NCBI GenBank assembly: GCA_965206695.1
Contig: CBDBKM010000002.1
Coordinates: 96,001-160,000, forward strand
DNA from: Chlamydiales bacterium
Lineage (GTDB): Bacteria; Chlamydiota; Chlamydiia; Chlamydiales; JAAZZY01
Direction of reading: 5' to 3'
Length of the DNA stretch: 64,000 nucleotides
The notes beneath the pieces were generated by a model. The model saw only the letters and a program-made list of their open reading frames with translations. It was not told the DNA's origin and made no database searches. The translations under genes were made by a program, and so were the position numbers. Within the stretch, counting starts at the first letter, position 1, and the number at the start of each line of letters is the position of its first letter. This document shows, in pieces, positions 16,401 through 27,271 of the stretch.

Positions 16401-17212
16401 ATGCCTGCATCCATCATTCGTTTTAACATTGCAGTTGTCAATTTCTCAGCAGATTTACCAAAAACGATTCCGGTCTCTTCATCAATTACGTCTTCAGCTA
16501 AGATCTTTCCAACTAATTTAGCAAAGTCTTTTTCAGACTTAATTTTAAATTTACAAGTGCTGAAGAACTCTTCAATAATATCCGAATCAGTAGAATAACC
16601 TAATGTTCTGATAAATGAAGTTGCCAATACTTTTCTTCTGCGTTTTTTTCGATCAATATAAATATATATCAAATCATTAGTATCAAAAGCCGCTTCTAAC
16701 CAACTACCTCTATAAGGTATGATCCTGAAAGATTGGATCATGGTACCTTTAGAGTGCCTTTCTTGTTCAAATGAAATACCGGGGGAACGATGTAATTGAG
16801 AAACAATAACCCGTTCAGCTCCATTTATGATAAAAGTTCCCTTTTCAGTCATGACAGGAATCGTTCCCATATAGACTTCTTCTTCTTTTATCCCGGTTTC
16901 ATCTGTTAAGCGAAAACACACTTTTAACGTAACATTGTAAGTGATTCCTCTTCTGATACATTCATCAGGATTATATTTAGGTTGCCCAAGATTATATGAT
17001 ATAAACTCTAAAATAGTTTTATCATCGTATGTTTTTATAGGAAAAACTTCATTAAAGATTTCTTGAAGTCCAACACTCTCTCTTTCATGAGATAACTTTT
17101 CAAGTTGCAAAAATTCATTATATGATTTTAGTTGAACCTCGATCAAGTTTGGAAGGTCAATAATATCGATTTTTTCGAAAAAACCCAGGCGATCCAGTGC
17201 TTTTTTTAACAT
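13451..17212 (-). CDS. rpoB: RNA polymerase beta subunit
   Basis: 1253 aa; [33 protein letters not shown]. Confidence 0.98.
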   Translation of the reverse strand: MLKKALDRLGFFEKIDIIDLPNLIEVQLKSYNEFLQLEKLSHERESVGLQEIFNEVFPIKTYDDKTILEFISYNLGQPKYNPDECIRRGITYNVTLKVCFRLTDETGIKEEEVYMGTIPVMTEKGTFIINGAERVIVSQLHRSPGISFEQERHSKGTMIQSFRIIPYRGSWLEAAFDTNDLIYIYIDRKKRRRKVLATSFIRTLGYSTDSDIIEEFFSTCKFKIKSEKDFAKLVGKILAEDVIDEETGIVFGKSAEKLTTAMLKRMMDAGIRLIRIAEDADENSPIIKMLAKDPTDSYESALKDFYRKIRPGEPATLSNARSAMMRLFFDPKRYNLGKVGRYKLNSKLGFEIDDKSLQVVTLRKEDIIEALRYLIRLKRGDEDANVDDIDHLGNRRVRSVGELIQNQCRMGLARMEKIIRERMNLFDFSSDTLTPGKIVSAKGLAGVLKDFFGRSQLSQFMDQTNPVAELTHKRRLSALGPGGLNRERAGFEVRDVHLSHYGRICPIETPEGPNIGLITSLSSYAKINEFGFIETPYRIVRDGVVTDEIEYMTADQEEKCVIAQASAPLDEFKMFTNPICWARYRGDPLEIEAEKITHMDVSPKQLVSIVTGLIPFLEHDDANRALMGTNMQRQAVPLLKPNAPIVGTGVEARAARDSGAVLVAEKDGVIDYVDGYEIVIATDDLSEEKTKYELKKFLRSNAGTAINQKPLCQVGDKIKAGDVIADGGATDKGEIALGQNVLVAFMPWCGYNYEDAIIISEKLVREDYYTSLYLEEFEISARDTKLGKEEITRDIPNVSEEALNNLGDDGIIRIGAEVGPVDILVGKITPKTETELAPEERLLRAIFGEKAADVKDASLIVPPGTEGIVMDVKVFSRRDRLSKTDDELVEETNRIKDLQVEFKYKRQQIQSDRKDKLGALLLNEKAPGAVIHRKTAEIIIPDGELITEDVIHLFENEKVEDLIMSDNEIYNMLKSILHDYEIQSNELEVRRKSEMEYMRKGDTELDSGVIRQVKVYIATKRKLQVGDKMAGRHGNKGVVSSIVPEADMPYLASGQAIEIILNPLGVPSRMNMGQLLETHLGFAAFKAGIHVKSPVFEGFPEEEIWKMMEAQKLPRDGKFYLYDGRTGERFDNKVVVGYIYMLKLSHLVADKIHARSIGPYSLVTQQPLGGKAQMGGQRFGEMEVWALEAYGVAHLLQEMLTVKSDDVAGRTRIYESIVKGENILKAGTPESFNVLIKEMQGLALNVQTQALTE

Positions 17213-17732
17213 GATGATAAGCTCCTATCAGAGGTAAAAGTATTCATTGAATTTTTTGAATGCATAAATTGCCGGTTGCATAAAACCAAAGATATTATTT
17301 TCTCAGTATTATATATCGCCATCCTATCACGTAATTGCAGTAGGAATCTCTCTTCTATTCTTAAGCACCTAAATAACGAGAATACAATATCCAGAATTCT
17401 CACCCATTGGATTTTAAAATGAGATAATAAAACTAATAATCTGATGTTTATATATCTTATTTCGTCATTTTCCTTATATCATTGACTTATTGTAATCTAT
17501 TCATAATTCATACATATAAAATTTAGTTTTGATGCAATGGTTAGTAATAAACGTTATACTACCTCAATTGAAGGGTATTTATTTTATCAAAACCTAAGTC
17601 AATTATATCGTTTACTGACTACAAGCTTGTTTGGCACAGTTCTATTAATATACTTGACAGGGTTTGTACCACAACAAGCCTAATATCATCTATCTTTATC
17701 TAGTGGCTTTTTCAAATAAAACCCCTAATTAA

Positions 17733-18113
17733 TTATAACCCTTTAAGAGTGCCTTTCCCGCCGGCCGCAGCAATCTTCTTAATGATTTCATCTGCTTCAG
17801 CTTTAGCTACACTTTCTTTAACAACTTTAGGTGCTCTTTCAACTAATTCTTTGGCCTCTTTAAGACCTAATCCTGTAATCTCACGAACAACTTTAATAAT
17901 CGCAATTTTCTTATCAGCCGGTGATTCCGCTAGTGTTACTTCGAAATCAGTTGATTCTTCAACAGCAGCAGCATTATCAGCCGGCGCAGCAGCGACAACT
18001 TGAGCTGCTGCTGCAGCTTTTACGCCCCACTTGTCTTCTAGTGCAGTTTTTAATTCAGCTAACTCAATCACAGTAAGCTTGCTCAGTTCTTCAACAAGAG
18101 CTTCTTTATTCAC
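17733..18113 (-). CDS. rplL: 50S ribosomal protein L7/L12
   Basis: [27 protein letters not shown] start. Confidence 0.96.
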   Translation of the reverse strand: MNKEALVEELSKLTVIELAELKTALEDKWGVKAAAAAQVVAAAPADNAAAVEESTDFEVTLAESPADKKIAIIKVVREITGLGLKEAKELVERAPKVVKESVAKAEADEIIKKIAAAGGKGTLKGL

Positions 18114-18290
18114 GGTAGTACCTCTCTAATTGCTAATTTGTTTCTTGTTACATTGCAAAAATAGTAATCTGAAATTGAATTCACTAAAACTTTTGCTAAC
18201 TTTTTTCTTCTATCACTTTATCTTTGATAGAAGATGTAAAATAAAATATATTATGCTACTTTATTAAAGCAACAACGCCCCCTCTCTCCC

Positions 18291-18812
18291 CTATCCTTCA
18301 GAGGCTTTGGTTACTTTATTATCCATACAGTATAATACGCCGGTTAAAATAGCTTCAAACGTACTTAATGTTTGAGCCATTGGAGCCTCAAATAACCCAA
18401 TAACTTGTGCACGCATTTCATCTTTGGAAGGTAGTTTAGACAAGAATTCAACTTTAGTAGCATCACAGAGCTGTCCGTCAATATGACCGGCTAATATTGA
18501 AACCACATTGTTCTTTTCTTTACTAAAAGCGCAAATTATTTTTGCTGTTTCCACCGCTTCTTCCGAGGCAAATACAACACCAATATGCCCTTCTAAATTA
18601 TCTTTTTTAAGATCTATTCCGCATTGATTTGCGGCTTTTAAAAAAACTCTTTTAGAAACCACTTCATATTCACCCCCTACCTCATGGACTTTATTTCTGA
18701 AATCCGTTGCATCAGTAGCTGATAATTTGAAATATTTTGTGACAATAAAGGATTGGTATCCTTCGATTTTATTTTTTATATCTTGTAGTAATAATTCTTT
18801 TTCTACTCTCAT
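18291..18812 (-). CDS. rplJ: 50S ribosomal protein L10
   Basis: MRVEKELLL...LSKLPSKDEMRAQ; operon position. Confidence 0.93.
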   Translation of the reverse strand: MRVEKELLLQDIKNKIEGYQSFIVTKYFKLSATDATDFRNKVHEVGGEYEVVSKRVFLKAANQCGIDLKKDNLEGHIGVVFASEEAVETAKIICAFSKEKNNVVSILAGHIDGQLCDATKVEFLSKLPSKDEMRAQVIGLFEAPMAQTLSTFEAILTGVLYCMDNKVTKASEG

Positions 18813-18820
18813 GTCTTCTC

Positions 18821-19516
18821 TTAGCTCGGAATTTCTTTCTGATGAATTTTTAGTCCTGGGCCCATTGTAGAAGCTAAAACTAATGATTTAATATATACAC
18901 CTTTTGCTGTAGCCGGTTTAGCTTTCACTATAGCTTGAACTAGTTCCTTGATATTTTCGGTTAGTTTAAAAGCTTCAAAAGACAATTTCCCGACAATGTT
19001 ATTAATAACACCACTTTTATCAACTTTAAACTCTACTTTCCCTCCCCGTATTTCTTGAACAGCTTTTGCTATATCCGTTGTAACTGTCCCGGCTTTAGGA
19101 GATGGCATTAAACCACGTGGACCTAGTACTTTTCCCAATTTCCCTACTTCCCTCATCATATCAGGAGTAGTAATCATTGCTTCAAAATCAGTCCAACCGG
19201 CATTGATTTTTTCTATATATTCTTCAGCACCGGCCATATCTGCTCCGGCATCTAAAGCTTCTTGGACTTTTTTACCTTTAGCTAGAACTAATACCCGGAT
19301 AGTCTTCCCCGTTCCATGAGGCAATGATATTGTTCCTCGAACTAGTTGATCTGATTTACGTGGATCAACACCCATTACCAAGGAGATTTCAATCGACTGA
19401 TCAAACTTGACTTTTGGGCATTTCTGCAAGATTGCTAATGCTTCATCTAGATCGTATTGCTTATTTTTATCAAATAGCTTGACAATTTCTTTAAAACGTA
19501 TACTTAATCGTCCCAT
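18821..19516 (-). CDS. rplA: 50S ribosomal protein L1
   Basis: VRGTISLPHGTGK, LGPRGLMPSPKAGTVT, STMGPG. Confidence 0.97.
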   Translation of the reverse strand: MGRLSIRFKEIVKLFDKNKQYDLDEALAILQKCPKVKFDQSIEISLVMGVDPRKSDQLVRGTISLPHGTGKTIRVLVLAKGKKVQEALDAGADMAGAEEYIEKINAGWTDFEAMITTPDMMREVGKLGKVLGPRGLMPSPKAGTVTTDIAKAVQEIRGGKVEFKVDKSGVINNIVGKLSFEAFKLTENIKELVQAIVKAKPATAKGVYIKSLVLASTMGPGLKIHQKEIPS

Positions 19517-19522
19517 AAATAA

Positions 19523-19960
19523 TTACTCGCCTCTTACTGTATCAACACCCATTGATCGGGCAGTTCCAATTACCATATTCATAGCAGCTTCAGGTGTGCG
19601 GGCATTTAAATCCTTCATCTTCTTCTTTGCTATTTCTAAAGCTTGAGCCTCTGTCATCTTACCAACCTTATCTCGATTAGGAACACCGGACCCTTTTTCT
19701 AAATTTAACGTTTTTAATATCATGCCTGCAACCGGGGGCTGCTTGGTAATGAACGTAAAGCTTTTATCAGCATACACAGTAATAACCACCGGTAATACAT
19801 CGCCGGCTTTGTCTTGTGTTTTCGCATTAAATTCTTTACAGAACCCCATAATATTTACCCCTGCGGAACCTAGAGCCGGGCCTATAGGAGGTGCAGGATT
19901 CGCTTTTCCTGCAGGGATTTGTAATTTAATAATCTTTGCAATTTTTTTGGCCTTAGCCAT
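19523..19960 (-). CDS. rplK: 50S ribosomal protein L11
   Basis: [20 protein letters not shown]; start MAKAKK. Confidence 0.97.
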   Translation of the reverse strand: MAKAKKIAKIIKLQIPAGKANPAPPIGPALGSAGVNIMGFCKEFNAKTQDKAGDVLPVVITVYADKSFTFITKQPPVAGMILKTLNLEKGSGVPNRDKVGKMTEAQALEIAKKKMKDLNARTPEAAMNMVIGTARSMGVDTVRGE

Positions 19961-20014
19961 TTTTAACCTCATGATCTTTGACTTAATTTCCAAATGAAGG
20001 CTAAATCCTGAACA

Positions 20015-20572
20015 CTAACCTTCTTCCTTATCTTCGTTATACTCTTCAACCTGCCAAAATTCTAAGTCATCCACTTGAGTTTCCCGACCGAAAATAGAAA
20101 CCAGCGCACTAAGACGACCTTTATCATGATAAACTTCAATAATTGTTCCAACAAAGTTGACAAAAACACCATCGGTTATCTTCACATAATCTCCGGAAGA
20201 AAACTTATGCTTTTGGGTCACACCCTGTTTCTTATCTTCTAGATCGTTTAAAATATCTTCTACTTCATCGTCATTCAAGGGGGTTGGTATCTCTCCACCT
20301 AAGAAACCAACTACTCCATTTGTATTGGTAACATAGGTCCATGAATCGTCATTCAACACCATTTTAACCAGAATATATCCCGGCCAAATTCGTTTTTCGC
20401 TGACTTTCTGTTGACCCTGCTTAACCTCTAATACATTTTCCGTCGGTAAAACAACCTCGTCTATTTGTTCCGACATACCGTGTACTTCTTTAAAGTCTTC
20501 TAGAGCTTTTTTGACTTTTTTTTCCTTCGTAGATACTACTTGAACCACATACCATTTGCGCAAAACGTCCAT
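20015..20572 (-). CDS. nusG: Transcription termination/antitermination factor NusG
   Basis: KWYVVQV, WPGYILVKM, VSIFGRET. Confidence 0.96.
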   Translation of the reverse strand: MDVLRKWYVVQVVSTKEKKVKKALEDFKEVHGMSEQIDEVVLPTENVLEVKQGQQKVSEKRIWPGYILVKMVLNDDSWTYVTNTNGVVGFLGGEIPTPLNDDEVEDILNDLEDKKQGVTQKHKFSSGDYVKITDGVFVNFVGTIIEVYHDKGRLSALVSIFGRETQVDDLEFWQVEEYNEDKEEG

Positions 20573-20578
20573 CTTGAC

Positions 20579-20836
20579 CTAACCACCAAATACTTTTGTT
20601 ATTATGTTGATTCCTTGAAGCGTATATTGGATAACGACATCAAAAAAATATATCAGCATCCCGAAAAAAAAAGTAGTTCCCAGAACCACGTTAGTATACA
20701 GTTTTAGTTCATCTTTATTTGTCCAGGTGACTAGTTTCATCTCGTGACGAACACCTCGAAGAAATGTCAAAAGACTTCTTCTTGGCTTTTCTTTCGTTTT
20801 GGAATTCAACTGCACTTTTCTCGCACTCATGAACAT
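20579..20836 (-). CDS. secE: Preprotein translocase subunit SecE
   Basis: EMKLVTWT motif plus one TM segment; between tRNA-Trp and nusG. Confidence 0.9.
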   Translation of the reverse strand: MFMSARKVQLNSKTKEKPRRSLLTFLRGVRHEMKLVTWTNKDELKLYTNVVLGTTFFFGMLIYFFDVVIQYTLQGINIITKVFGG

Positions 20837-20872
20837 AATTCATCACTTTAATTTAAGATTTTGCTTTATCAA

Positions 20873-20946
20873 CGAGTGCGGAGGGATTCGAACCCCCGAC
20901 CGACGACTTTGGAGATCGTTGCTCTACCAAACTGAGCTACACACCC
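20873..20946 (-). tRNA. tRNA-Trp (CCA)
   Basis: Cloverleaf GGGTGTGTAGCTCAG...ACGAT-CT-CCA-AA-GTCGT...GGTTCGAATCC; no encoded CCA end. Confidence 0.95.
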
Positions 20947-20965
20947 TCTTAATTCAGAGAATAGA

Positions 20966-20991
20966 TCATGATGAGGTAAAACTCATCATGA
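20966..20991. other. Stem-loop between tuf and tRNA-Trp
   Basis: TCATGATGAG/CTCATCATGA 10-bp inverted repeat; possible processing or stability hairpin. Confidence 0.5.
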
Positions 20992-21017
20992 CAACATCTT
21001 CGCTCGGCCATTTAGAG

Positions 21018-22202
21018 CTATTCAATAATCTCCGTTACTGTACCGGCACCAATTGTTCTACCACCCTCACGAATAGCAAAACGCATTCCTTCTTCCATCG
21101 CCACAGGAGCCATAAGCTCTCCGGATAATTCAACGTTATCACCGGGCATCACCATTTCTGTGCCTTCAGGTAGTGTCACACTTCCTGTCACATCAGTGGT
21201 TCTGAAATAAAATTGCGGACGATAACCGGCAAAGAAAGGCTTATGACGTCCACCTTCCTCTTTAGTAAGAACATATACTGTCCCTTTAAACTTGGTATGC
21301 GGAGCACATGTTCCCGGAGCAGCTAAAACCATCCCTCTCTCAACATCATCTTTACCCACACCTCGCAAAAGAACCCCGACATTTTCTCCGGCACGAGCTT
21401 CATCAAGAAGTTTCTTAAACATCTCCAATCCGGTTGCAACTGTTTCACGAGTCTCTTTTAGTCCAACAAGCTCTAACTTGTCATTTAGTCTAACCACACC
21501 TTTTTCAACTCTACCGGTAGCTACTGTACCACGACCTGAAATAGAGAAAACATCCTCAATCGGCATTAAGAAAGGCTTATCAACATCTCTTTCCGGAGTT
21601 GGGATATGCCTATCCACAGCACCCATTAACTCTTCAATCTTTGCTGCGTATGCCGGATCACCTTCTAAAGCTTTCAAAGCAGAACCTTTAATAATCGGCA
21701 CATCATTATAGCCTTTACTCTCTAGTAATTCAGCCAATTCCATCTCAACCAGTTCAAGAAGCTCTTGATCTTCTTCACCTATTTGATCCACTTTATTCAA
21801 AAACACAACGATCGACGGAACCCCAACTTGGTGAGCTAAAAGAATATGTTCTTTTGTTTGAGGCATAGCACCATCAGTTGCGGCTACAACCAAAATAGCT
21901 CCATCCATTTGAGCGGCACCCGTAATCATATTTTTTACATAATCCGCGTGACCGGGACAGTCCACATGAGCGTAGTGACGTTTTTCTGTCTCATACTCGA
22001 CATGTGAAGAATTAATGGTAATTCCACGCGCTTTTTCCTCCGGAGTATTATCAATTGAGTCATAATCCCGAAAATCAGCACCACCTTTTTCTGCCATACA
22101 TTTTGTAATCGCCGCTGTAAGAGTAGTTTTACCATGGTCTACGTGTCCTATTGTTCCAATATTGACGTGCGGTTTGTTTCTCTGAAATGATTCTTTAGCC
22201 AT
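21018..22202 (-). CDS. tuf: Elongation factor Tu
   Basis: [27 protein letters not shown]; 394 aa. Confidence 0.98.
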   Translation of the reverse strand: MAKESFQRNKPHVNIGTIGHVDHGKTTLTAAITKCMAEKGGADFRDYDSIDNTPEEKARGITINSSHVEYETEKRHYAHVDCPGHADYVKNMITGAAQMDGAILVVAATDGAMPQTKEHILLAHQVGVPSIVVFLNKVDQIGEEDQELLELVEMELAELLESKGYNDVPIIKGSALKALEGDPAYAAKIEELMGAVDRHIPTPERDVDKPFLMPIEDVFSISGRGTVATGRVEKGVVRLNDKLELVGLKETRETVATGLEMFKKLLDEARAGENVGVLLRGVGKDDVERGMVLAAPGTCAPHTKFKGTVYVLTKEEGGRHKPFFAGYRPQFYFRTTDVTGSVTLPEGTEMVMPGDNVELSGELMAPVAMEEGMRFAIREGGRTIGAGTVTEIIE

Positions 22203-22258
22203 ACTTTTTCTTCCTCCGTTAGGCTGCGCTAAACGCTATAAAGGTTCAATTGCACCTC

Positions 22259-22330
22259 TGCCCAGAATAGGAATTGAACCTACGACCGCTTGCTTACCAT
22301 GCAAGTGCTCTACCCCTGAGCTATCTGGGC
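22259..22330 (-). tRNA. tRNA-Thr (GGT)
   Basis: GCCCAGATAGCTCAG...CTTGC-AT-GGT-AA-GCAAG...GGTTCAATTCC. Confidence 0.95.
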
Positions 22331-22477
22331 TTAATTTTATACTTAGTGCCGTCACTTAATTTCTTGCTTAAAAAGCAAGAGTGACTCTTTCTTTCAGGTT
22401 AAATATTCTTTAATAATTCGAAAGCCTATAAGTTTAGGGACCTAGTTTAAATAAATCAACTATAATCTTACTAAAAT

Positions 22478-22696
22478 TTATCTTTGACGATACACAATCC
22501 TAGCCTTTGATAGATCATATGGTGACATTTCAACAACAACAACATCTCCAACTGAAACCCGAATATTTCGTAATCGCATTTTCCCACAAAGGTGGGCATA
22601 AACCTGCTTCCCATTGTCAAGTTTCACGCTAAATGTCATATTTGGCAACAATTCTTCGATTGTCCCCTCTAATTTTAAAGTATCTTCTTTTGCCAT
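22478..22696 (-). CDS. infA: Translation initiation factor IF-1
   Basis: MAKEDTL...GKMR...[16 protein letters not shown]. Confidence 0.97.
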   Translation of the reverse strand: MAKEDTLKLEGTIEELLPNMTFSVKLDNGKQVYAHLCGKMRLRNIRVSVGDVVVVEMSPYDLSKARIVYRQR

Positions 22697-22904
22697 AAAT
22701 TAATTATATATCGAGTTTTGAAGCATTTGAAGGTAACAATGGAACTAAAAAATCGTATTACTGTCAATCAATTTTATATTTTTATTTCTAAACGGATCCC
22801 CTAGCTCCGTAAAGATCTGTAATAAAATTTATAATTAGCAACTTTGATCTAATTCAATATCCATGTATAAACATTTACTTAATTAAATTACTCATGTCTC
22901 GTTC

Positions 22905-24191
22905 ATGATAAAAAAACAAGTGAACTATCGTTTTCAACATCCCTTTTTTGTTTTCATATTGGCCGTCATAGTCGGAATTATATCCTCTTTATCAGTCGTT
23001 GTCTTCAGAGAGCTGATCCTTGCTACCCGCTATCTAATATTTGGTTCATCTTCTCAAATGATGTTTGTTATAGGAAATAAAATACTTTGGTGGATTTTTC
23101 TTATCATAATTTCAGTAGGTGGTATTTTAATAAGTCTTGTTACTACTTATTTTTTGAAAGCCAAACACCCTCCCGGATTAGCTGAAATAATCAGAAATCA
23201 AAAAGACGAACAATCCTTTTCCATAAAAGAGGGGCTTGGTGGAGCTATAGTTAATTTTTTTTCAATCGCTATCGGAGCATCGGTTGGGAGGGAGGGTCCT
23301 GCTATCCATTTAGCCACTAGTATCAGTGTTTGGTTCACCGATATCTGTCGATTGACTCATAAAAACTTAAAACTTCTTTTATGCTGCGCTATCGCCTCTG
23401 CTTTGGCCTCATCTTTTAATACCCCTATTGCCGGCATTATCTTTGCCTTTGAACTTCTTTCTTTTCCTGTGGCTTTGTTAAGCCTTTTCCCGATTGCTTT
23501 GGCATCTGCCGGCGGTACTTTTATCACCCGCATAATTTATGGGGACTTTCCGGCGTTCATTATCCCTCACTATGAGTTAGGAGGGTTTAAAACATTTCCT
23601 CTTTATATTTTGCTTGGAATTTTCGCCGGTTTTATATCCTCAGGCTTTATGTATAGTATGACCGGATTATCACATCTTACTTTAAAAACACTTTTACCCG
23701 GATGGTTTTTGGCTGCTATCGCCGGTGCAATAGTTGCCGGTATTGGTTTTTATTACCCACAAGTATTAGGAATTGGATATCAAACAATAGATTCAATCCT
23801 TATAGAACCTAGTCCTCTAATCTTTTTATTATACCTATTCATCGCTAAATTCCTTGCTACCGCTTTATGTATAGGATCGGGATTTGGAGGTGGTATCTTG
23901 ACCCCGTCACTTTTTTTAGGTGCTGTTTTTGGAACTTTATTCGGAGTGATCGTACAATATATTTTACCGGAAGCTACAATAGATTATAGAACTTATACCC
24001 TAACCTGTATGGCAGCCATTACAGGAGCTGTTTTAGGCACGCCCTTGGCCTTGGTCATTATTATCTTTGAACTGACTAAAGATTACCTCTTAGCCCTAAA
24101 CGTTCTATTCGCTTGTATGTTCTCTTATTTTATCAGCTTAAAATTATTTGGCACTTCTTTCTTCCACCACCGGCTAATTAAAAAATTATAA
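22905..24191 (+). CDS. CLC-family chloride channel / Cl-/H+ antiporter
   Basis: GASVGREGPAIHL, FNTPIAGIIFAFE, GFGGGILTPSLFLGA; multiple TM segments. Confidence 0.92.
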   Translation: MIKKQVNYRFQHPFFVFILAVIVGIISSLSVVVFRELILATRYLIFGSSSQMMFVIGNKILWWIFLIIISVGGILISLVTTYFLKAKHPPGLAEIIRNQKDEQSFSIKEGLGGAIVNFFSIAIGASVGREGPAIHLATSISVWFTDICRLTHKNLKLLLCCAIASALASSFNTPIAGIIFAFELLSFPVALLSLFPIALASAGGTFITRIIYGDFPAFIIPHYELGGFKTFPLYILLGIFAGFISSGFMYSMTGLSHLTLKTLLPGWFLAAIAGAIVAGIGFYYPQVLGIGYQTIDSILIEPSPLIFLLYLFIAKFLATALCIGSGFGGGILTPSLFLGAVFGTLFGVIVQYILPEATIDYRTYTLTCMAAITGAVLGTPLALVIIIFELTKDYLLALNVLFACMFSYFISLKLFGTSFFHHRLIKKL

Positions 24192-24218
24192 TGTTAACCC
24201 TAATTCTTCAAAGTATTC

Positions 24219-24285
24219 TTGACTGCTTCCGGCCCTCAAGGAAAGAGATTCCTCATTCAATAATCCTTGCTAACAAATCCTTAAA
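24219..24285 (-). mobile_element. IS200/IS605-type (tnpB) right-end remnant
   Basis: Minus strand GAATGAGGAATCTCTTTCCTTGAGGGCCGGAAGCAGTCAA (hairpin then TCAA); similar to 52890-52950. Confidence 0.55.
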
Positions 24286-24368
24286 CCGAGTCACAATCGA
24301 GGTTTTAATCCCCAAGTAGTCGTTATGGATGCAGGGTATTCTAGTTTAAAAAATTGAAAGTCTATCAG
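24286..24368 (+). pseudogene. IS701-like transposase internal fragment
   Basis: Near-identical to the reverse complement of about 28842-28925 (HNRGFNPQVVVMDA.YSSLKN*KSIR). Confidence 0.8.
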
Positions 24369-24540
24369 AAGACCTCTGCATAACTGACTTGATAATATTT
24401 TTTTAAAACTCACTGATTGTTTACACTTATTTTTCATTTATTTTGATAAATTTTATAATAAGCAGTTTTTTTATTATGGGTGCAAAGCATCGCAATAGGC
24501 ACCGGAAATCGTTGTCAGAAATCAGTTATGCAAAGGTCTT
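24369..24540. mobile_element. MITE (172 bp) with IS5-like 19-bp TIRs
   Basis: AAGACCTCTGCATAACTGA ... TCAGTTATGCAAAGGTCTT (1 mismatch); second, interrupted copy at 46819-47310. Confidence 0.8.
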
Positions 24541-24569
24541 TTGAAGATTGGGAGCTGTCAAAAACATCA

Positions 24570-24752
24570 TATACTCTTCGCTACTGAAAGGTACACAAAA
24601 AAGTATAAATATGATATTAGCGTTGCATGAACCAATTAACTCCAAATCAAAGAAGCACTTTTGAATTTCAGGTAAAAAAGACCCGTGATATTAATGATAC
24701 ATTTCAAGTGCCGGCACTCAATCCTGTCCGGCTTCCAACGTGAATGAGTATA
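24570..24752 (+). mobile_element. IS630-derived MITE (about 180 bp, TA-flanked)
   Basis: Left part matches about 6546-6670 and right part matches about 6488-6547, fused at AATGA microhomology. Confidence 0.85.
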
Positions 24753-24823
24753 TACCCGCATTCCAATCCCTTTAATTAAAGAAAAAATGCAAAAAGTATA
24801 TGTAGATAAAAAAAATTAAAGAG

Positions 24824-25765
24824 TCAAAAGAATAAAGCGTCTTTTGAATATCCTTTGATGAATTCAAAATAGGTCATAGGTTGTTTACCTTCGAGCTGAA
24901 CCATTTTCAAACGGATAGCTCCTGTTTTACAAGCAACGATAAATCCTGCGGATAAATCATAAGAAATAATTTGACCGGGTTTATCTGTTTGTTGTTGTTG
25001 TAATTCAGCCTTAATTACTTTGAAGCGTTTTTTTTCTTCTCGGATATAGATCCAAGACCAAGCCCCGGGTTTTGGGTCTACCCCTCGGATAAGGTTGTAA
25101 ACATCTTTAGCAGCTCGATCCCAAAATATTTCACAGTCTTCTTTTTCAACCTTCTTAGCATAGCTGGCAAACTGATCGTCTTGAGGTATCCTTTGAGCTT
25201 TGTTCGCTTTCAATAATTCGATAGCTTCTAAAAGAGTTGTTTGAGCTAGTGGACAAATTTGTTCTTCCAGTGCTCCATAAGTGATATCCGGATCAATAGG
25301 CATTATAACACTTTTAATCATGTCGCCGGTATCCAGTCCTTTTGCCATATGCATAATCGTAATGCCTGTTTGCGAATCTCCATCCATGATACAACGCTGC
25401 AAGGGAGCAGCACCTCTGTATTTAGGCAACAAGCTAAAATGAACGTTGACACACGCTAAAGAAGGTGTTTTCAATAAGTTTTCTTTAAAAATCTGACCAT
25501 AAGCTACCACAATAAAAAGAGTAGGCTGATGTTTTTTTAAAACCTCTATAAAATCCGGATCGGATGCTTTTTCCGGTTGATAAATTGGGATAGAAGGAGC
25601 TATCGATTGGACGGTAAATTTGACAGGAGGCGGCGTCATAACCCTTTTCCGCTTCACAGGTCGATCCGGCATCGTTACAACACCTGCTACAGGCTGTTTA
25701 TTAGTAATAAGATATTCTAAAATTTTAGCCGCTATTACAGGTGTTCCGAAGAAAACAATCGACAT
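24824..25765 (-). CDS. fmt: Methionyl-tRNA formyltransferase
   Basis: IVFFGTP, NVHFSLLPKYRGAAP, GLDTGD. Confidence 0.96.
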   Translation of the reverse strand: MSIVFFGTPVIAAKILEYLITNKQPVAGVVTMPDRPVKRKRVMTPPPVKFTVQSIAPSIPIYQPEKASDPDFIEVLKKHQPTLFIVVAYGQIFKENLLKTPSLACVNVHFSLLPKYRGAAPLQRCIMDGDSQTGITIMHMAKGLDTGDMIKSVIMPIDPDITYGALEEQICPLAQTTLLEAIELLKANKAQRIPQDDQFASYAKKVEKEDCEIFWDRAAKDVYNLIRGVDPKPGAWSWIYIREEKKRFKVIKAELQQQQTDKPGQIISYDLSAGFIVACKTGAIRLKMVQLEGKQPMTYFEFIKGYSKDALFF

Positions 25766-25820
25766 TAGATAAACTCGTTAGATTTGATGAGTTGGTACTA
25801 CTCTTAAGAATTCAAATGAT

Positions 25821-26630
25821 TTAAGTAAGAGCTTGAAAACCCATTATTCCACGCTCAGAGTTTCCCTTACAAAAATGCAGCCATTTTTCTACTTCAGGAA
25901 TAGAATCAACATCTTTATTTACGCGTTCGATAGCTTCAGTTAAACGTAATTCTGCACGATAAAATACTTTAAATACTTTGCTGAGAATATTTCGTGTTTC
26001 CATTGGAAATCCATGACGTTTTAAGCCGACAACATTTAAACCACCAATCCTAAAAGGAATCCCACCACCAATTGTATAGGGAGGAATATCATGGCCTACG
26101 CGACTCATACCCCCAACCATCGCATATTCCCCAATACGTACATATTGATGAATAGGAGCAAACCCTCCAATGATAGCATAGTCTTCAACAAGAACATGCC
26201 CGGCTAAAGTAGCACAGTTACTCATTACAACGCTATTTCCTATAATACAGTTATGGGCAATATGACAGTAAGCCATAATCATGCAGTTATCGCCCACTCT
26301 GACTTCAGAATTTTCTTCCGTTGATGAGTTTATCGTTACAAATTCTCGTATATGACAATTCTTTCCAATATTTACAAAAGTCTTTTCACCATTATACTTA
26401 AGATCTTGTGTCTGCGTTCCAATACTTGCAGAAGGCCACACAGTGGTTCCTTCCCCAATCGATGTATATCCATCGATATATACATGAGACTTGATGACAA
26501 CGTTATCATTTAAGACAACGTTTTCTTTAACAATCGCATAAGGCTCAATAGTTACGTTTGCACCAATTTTAGCCCCGGACTCTATGATCGCGGTTGGATG
26601 TATTTTACAATTTGGACCTATATCTGCCAT
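25821..26630 (-). CDS. lpxA: UDP-N-acetylglucosamine O-acyltransferase
   Basis: IHPTAII hexapeptide repeats, QDLKY, HIAHNC, GLNVVGLKR. Confidence 0.96.
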   Translation of the reverse strand: MADIGPNCKIHPTAIIESGAKIGANVTIEPYAIVKENVVLNDNVVIKSHVYIDGYTSIGEGTTVWPSASIGTQTQDLKYNGEKTFVNIGKNCHIREFVTINSSTEENSEVRVGDNCMIMAYCHIAHNCIIGNSVVMSNCATLAGHVLVEDYAIIGGFAPIHQYVRIGEYAMVGGMSRVGHDIPPYTIGGGIPFRIGGLNVVGLKRHGFPMETRNILSKVFKVFYRAELRLTEAIERVNKDVDSIPEVEKWLHFCKGNSERGIMGFQALT

Positions 26631-26794
26631 GCAATGCTTTCTAGTTAATTTTTTTCCTAAATGATTTCAAAACAAAGACCTTTTTTATAAAAGGTTGCTC
26701 TTAAACATTTTTTAAAGTTTCTGATTGTGGCTTATTTCAAAATAATACTTTCTTAAAATAAATATATCGTTCATTACTTTCTTAAAAAACCTCT

Positions 26795-27271
26795 TTAAAT
26801 TTGATCTTTATCTACTAAAGCAAAAGCTAATTCCGCTTCCATAGCTAATCTAGCATTTGTTATGACTTGTCCTTTCACACGACCTGCTCGACTACTAATA
26901 TGTAAACCTGTTACATGCATATGCAAGACATCTCCCGGTCGTACGGGATTTCGGAATTTAGCGTTATTTATATTAAGTATAACAGCGCTTTTTCCTCCAT
27001 AACCTGCTTGATGCACAAGTATTCCTGCTGTTTGCGCTAAGGCTTCTAATAACAGCACCCCCGGCATAATTGGTGCTCCCGGAAAATGTCCCTGAAAAAA
27101 ATCTTCATTAAAAGTAACATTTTTTTGTGCTATAATAGTTTTATTTTCCAAATCAATCGAAATGACCTTGTCCACCAGTAAAAAAGGATAACGATGTGGC
27201 AAAATATTTAAGATTTCTTTTATATCCAGCAATGATTTCTTAGCTGAATCATGATTAATTACTGCTTCCAT
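26795..27271 (-). CDS. fabZ: 3-hydroxyacyl-ACP dehydratase
   Basis: LPHRYPFLLVD, FQGHFPGAPIMPGVLLLEALAQ. Confidence 0.97.
   Translation of the reverse strand: MEAVINHDSAKKSLLDIKEILNILPHRYPFLLVDKVISIDLENKTIIAQKNVTFNEDFFQGHFPGAPIMPGVLLLEALAQTAGILVHQAGYGGKSAVILNINNAKFRNPVRPGDVLHMHVTGLHISSRAGRVKGQVITNARLAMEAELAFALVDKDQI

Noticed and set aside
24192..24823. Repeat cluster as a possible CRISPR array or structured ncRNA locus
   Set aside because: No regularly spaced direct repeats; explained by adjacent IS ends and MITEs
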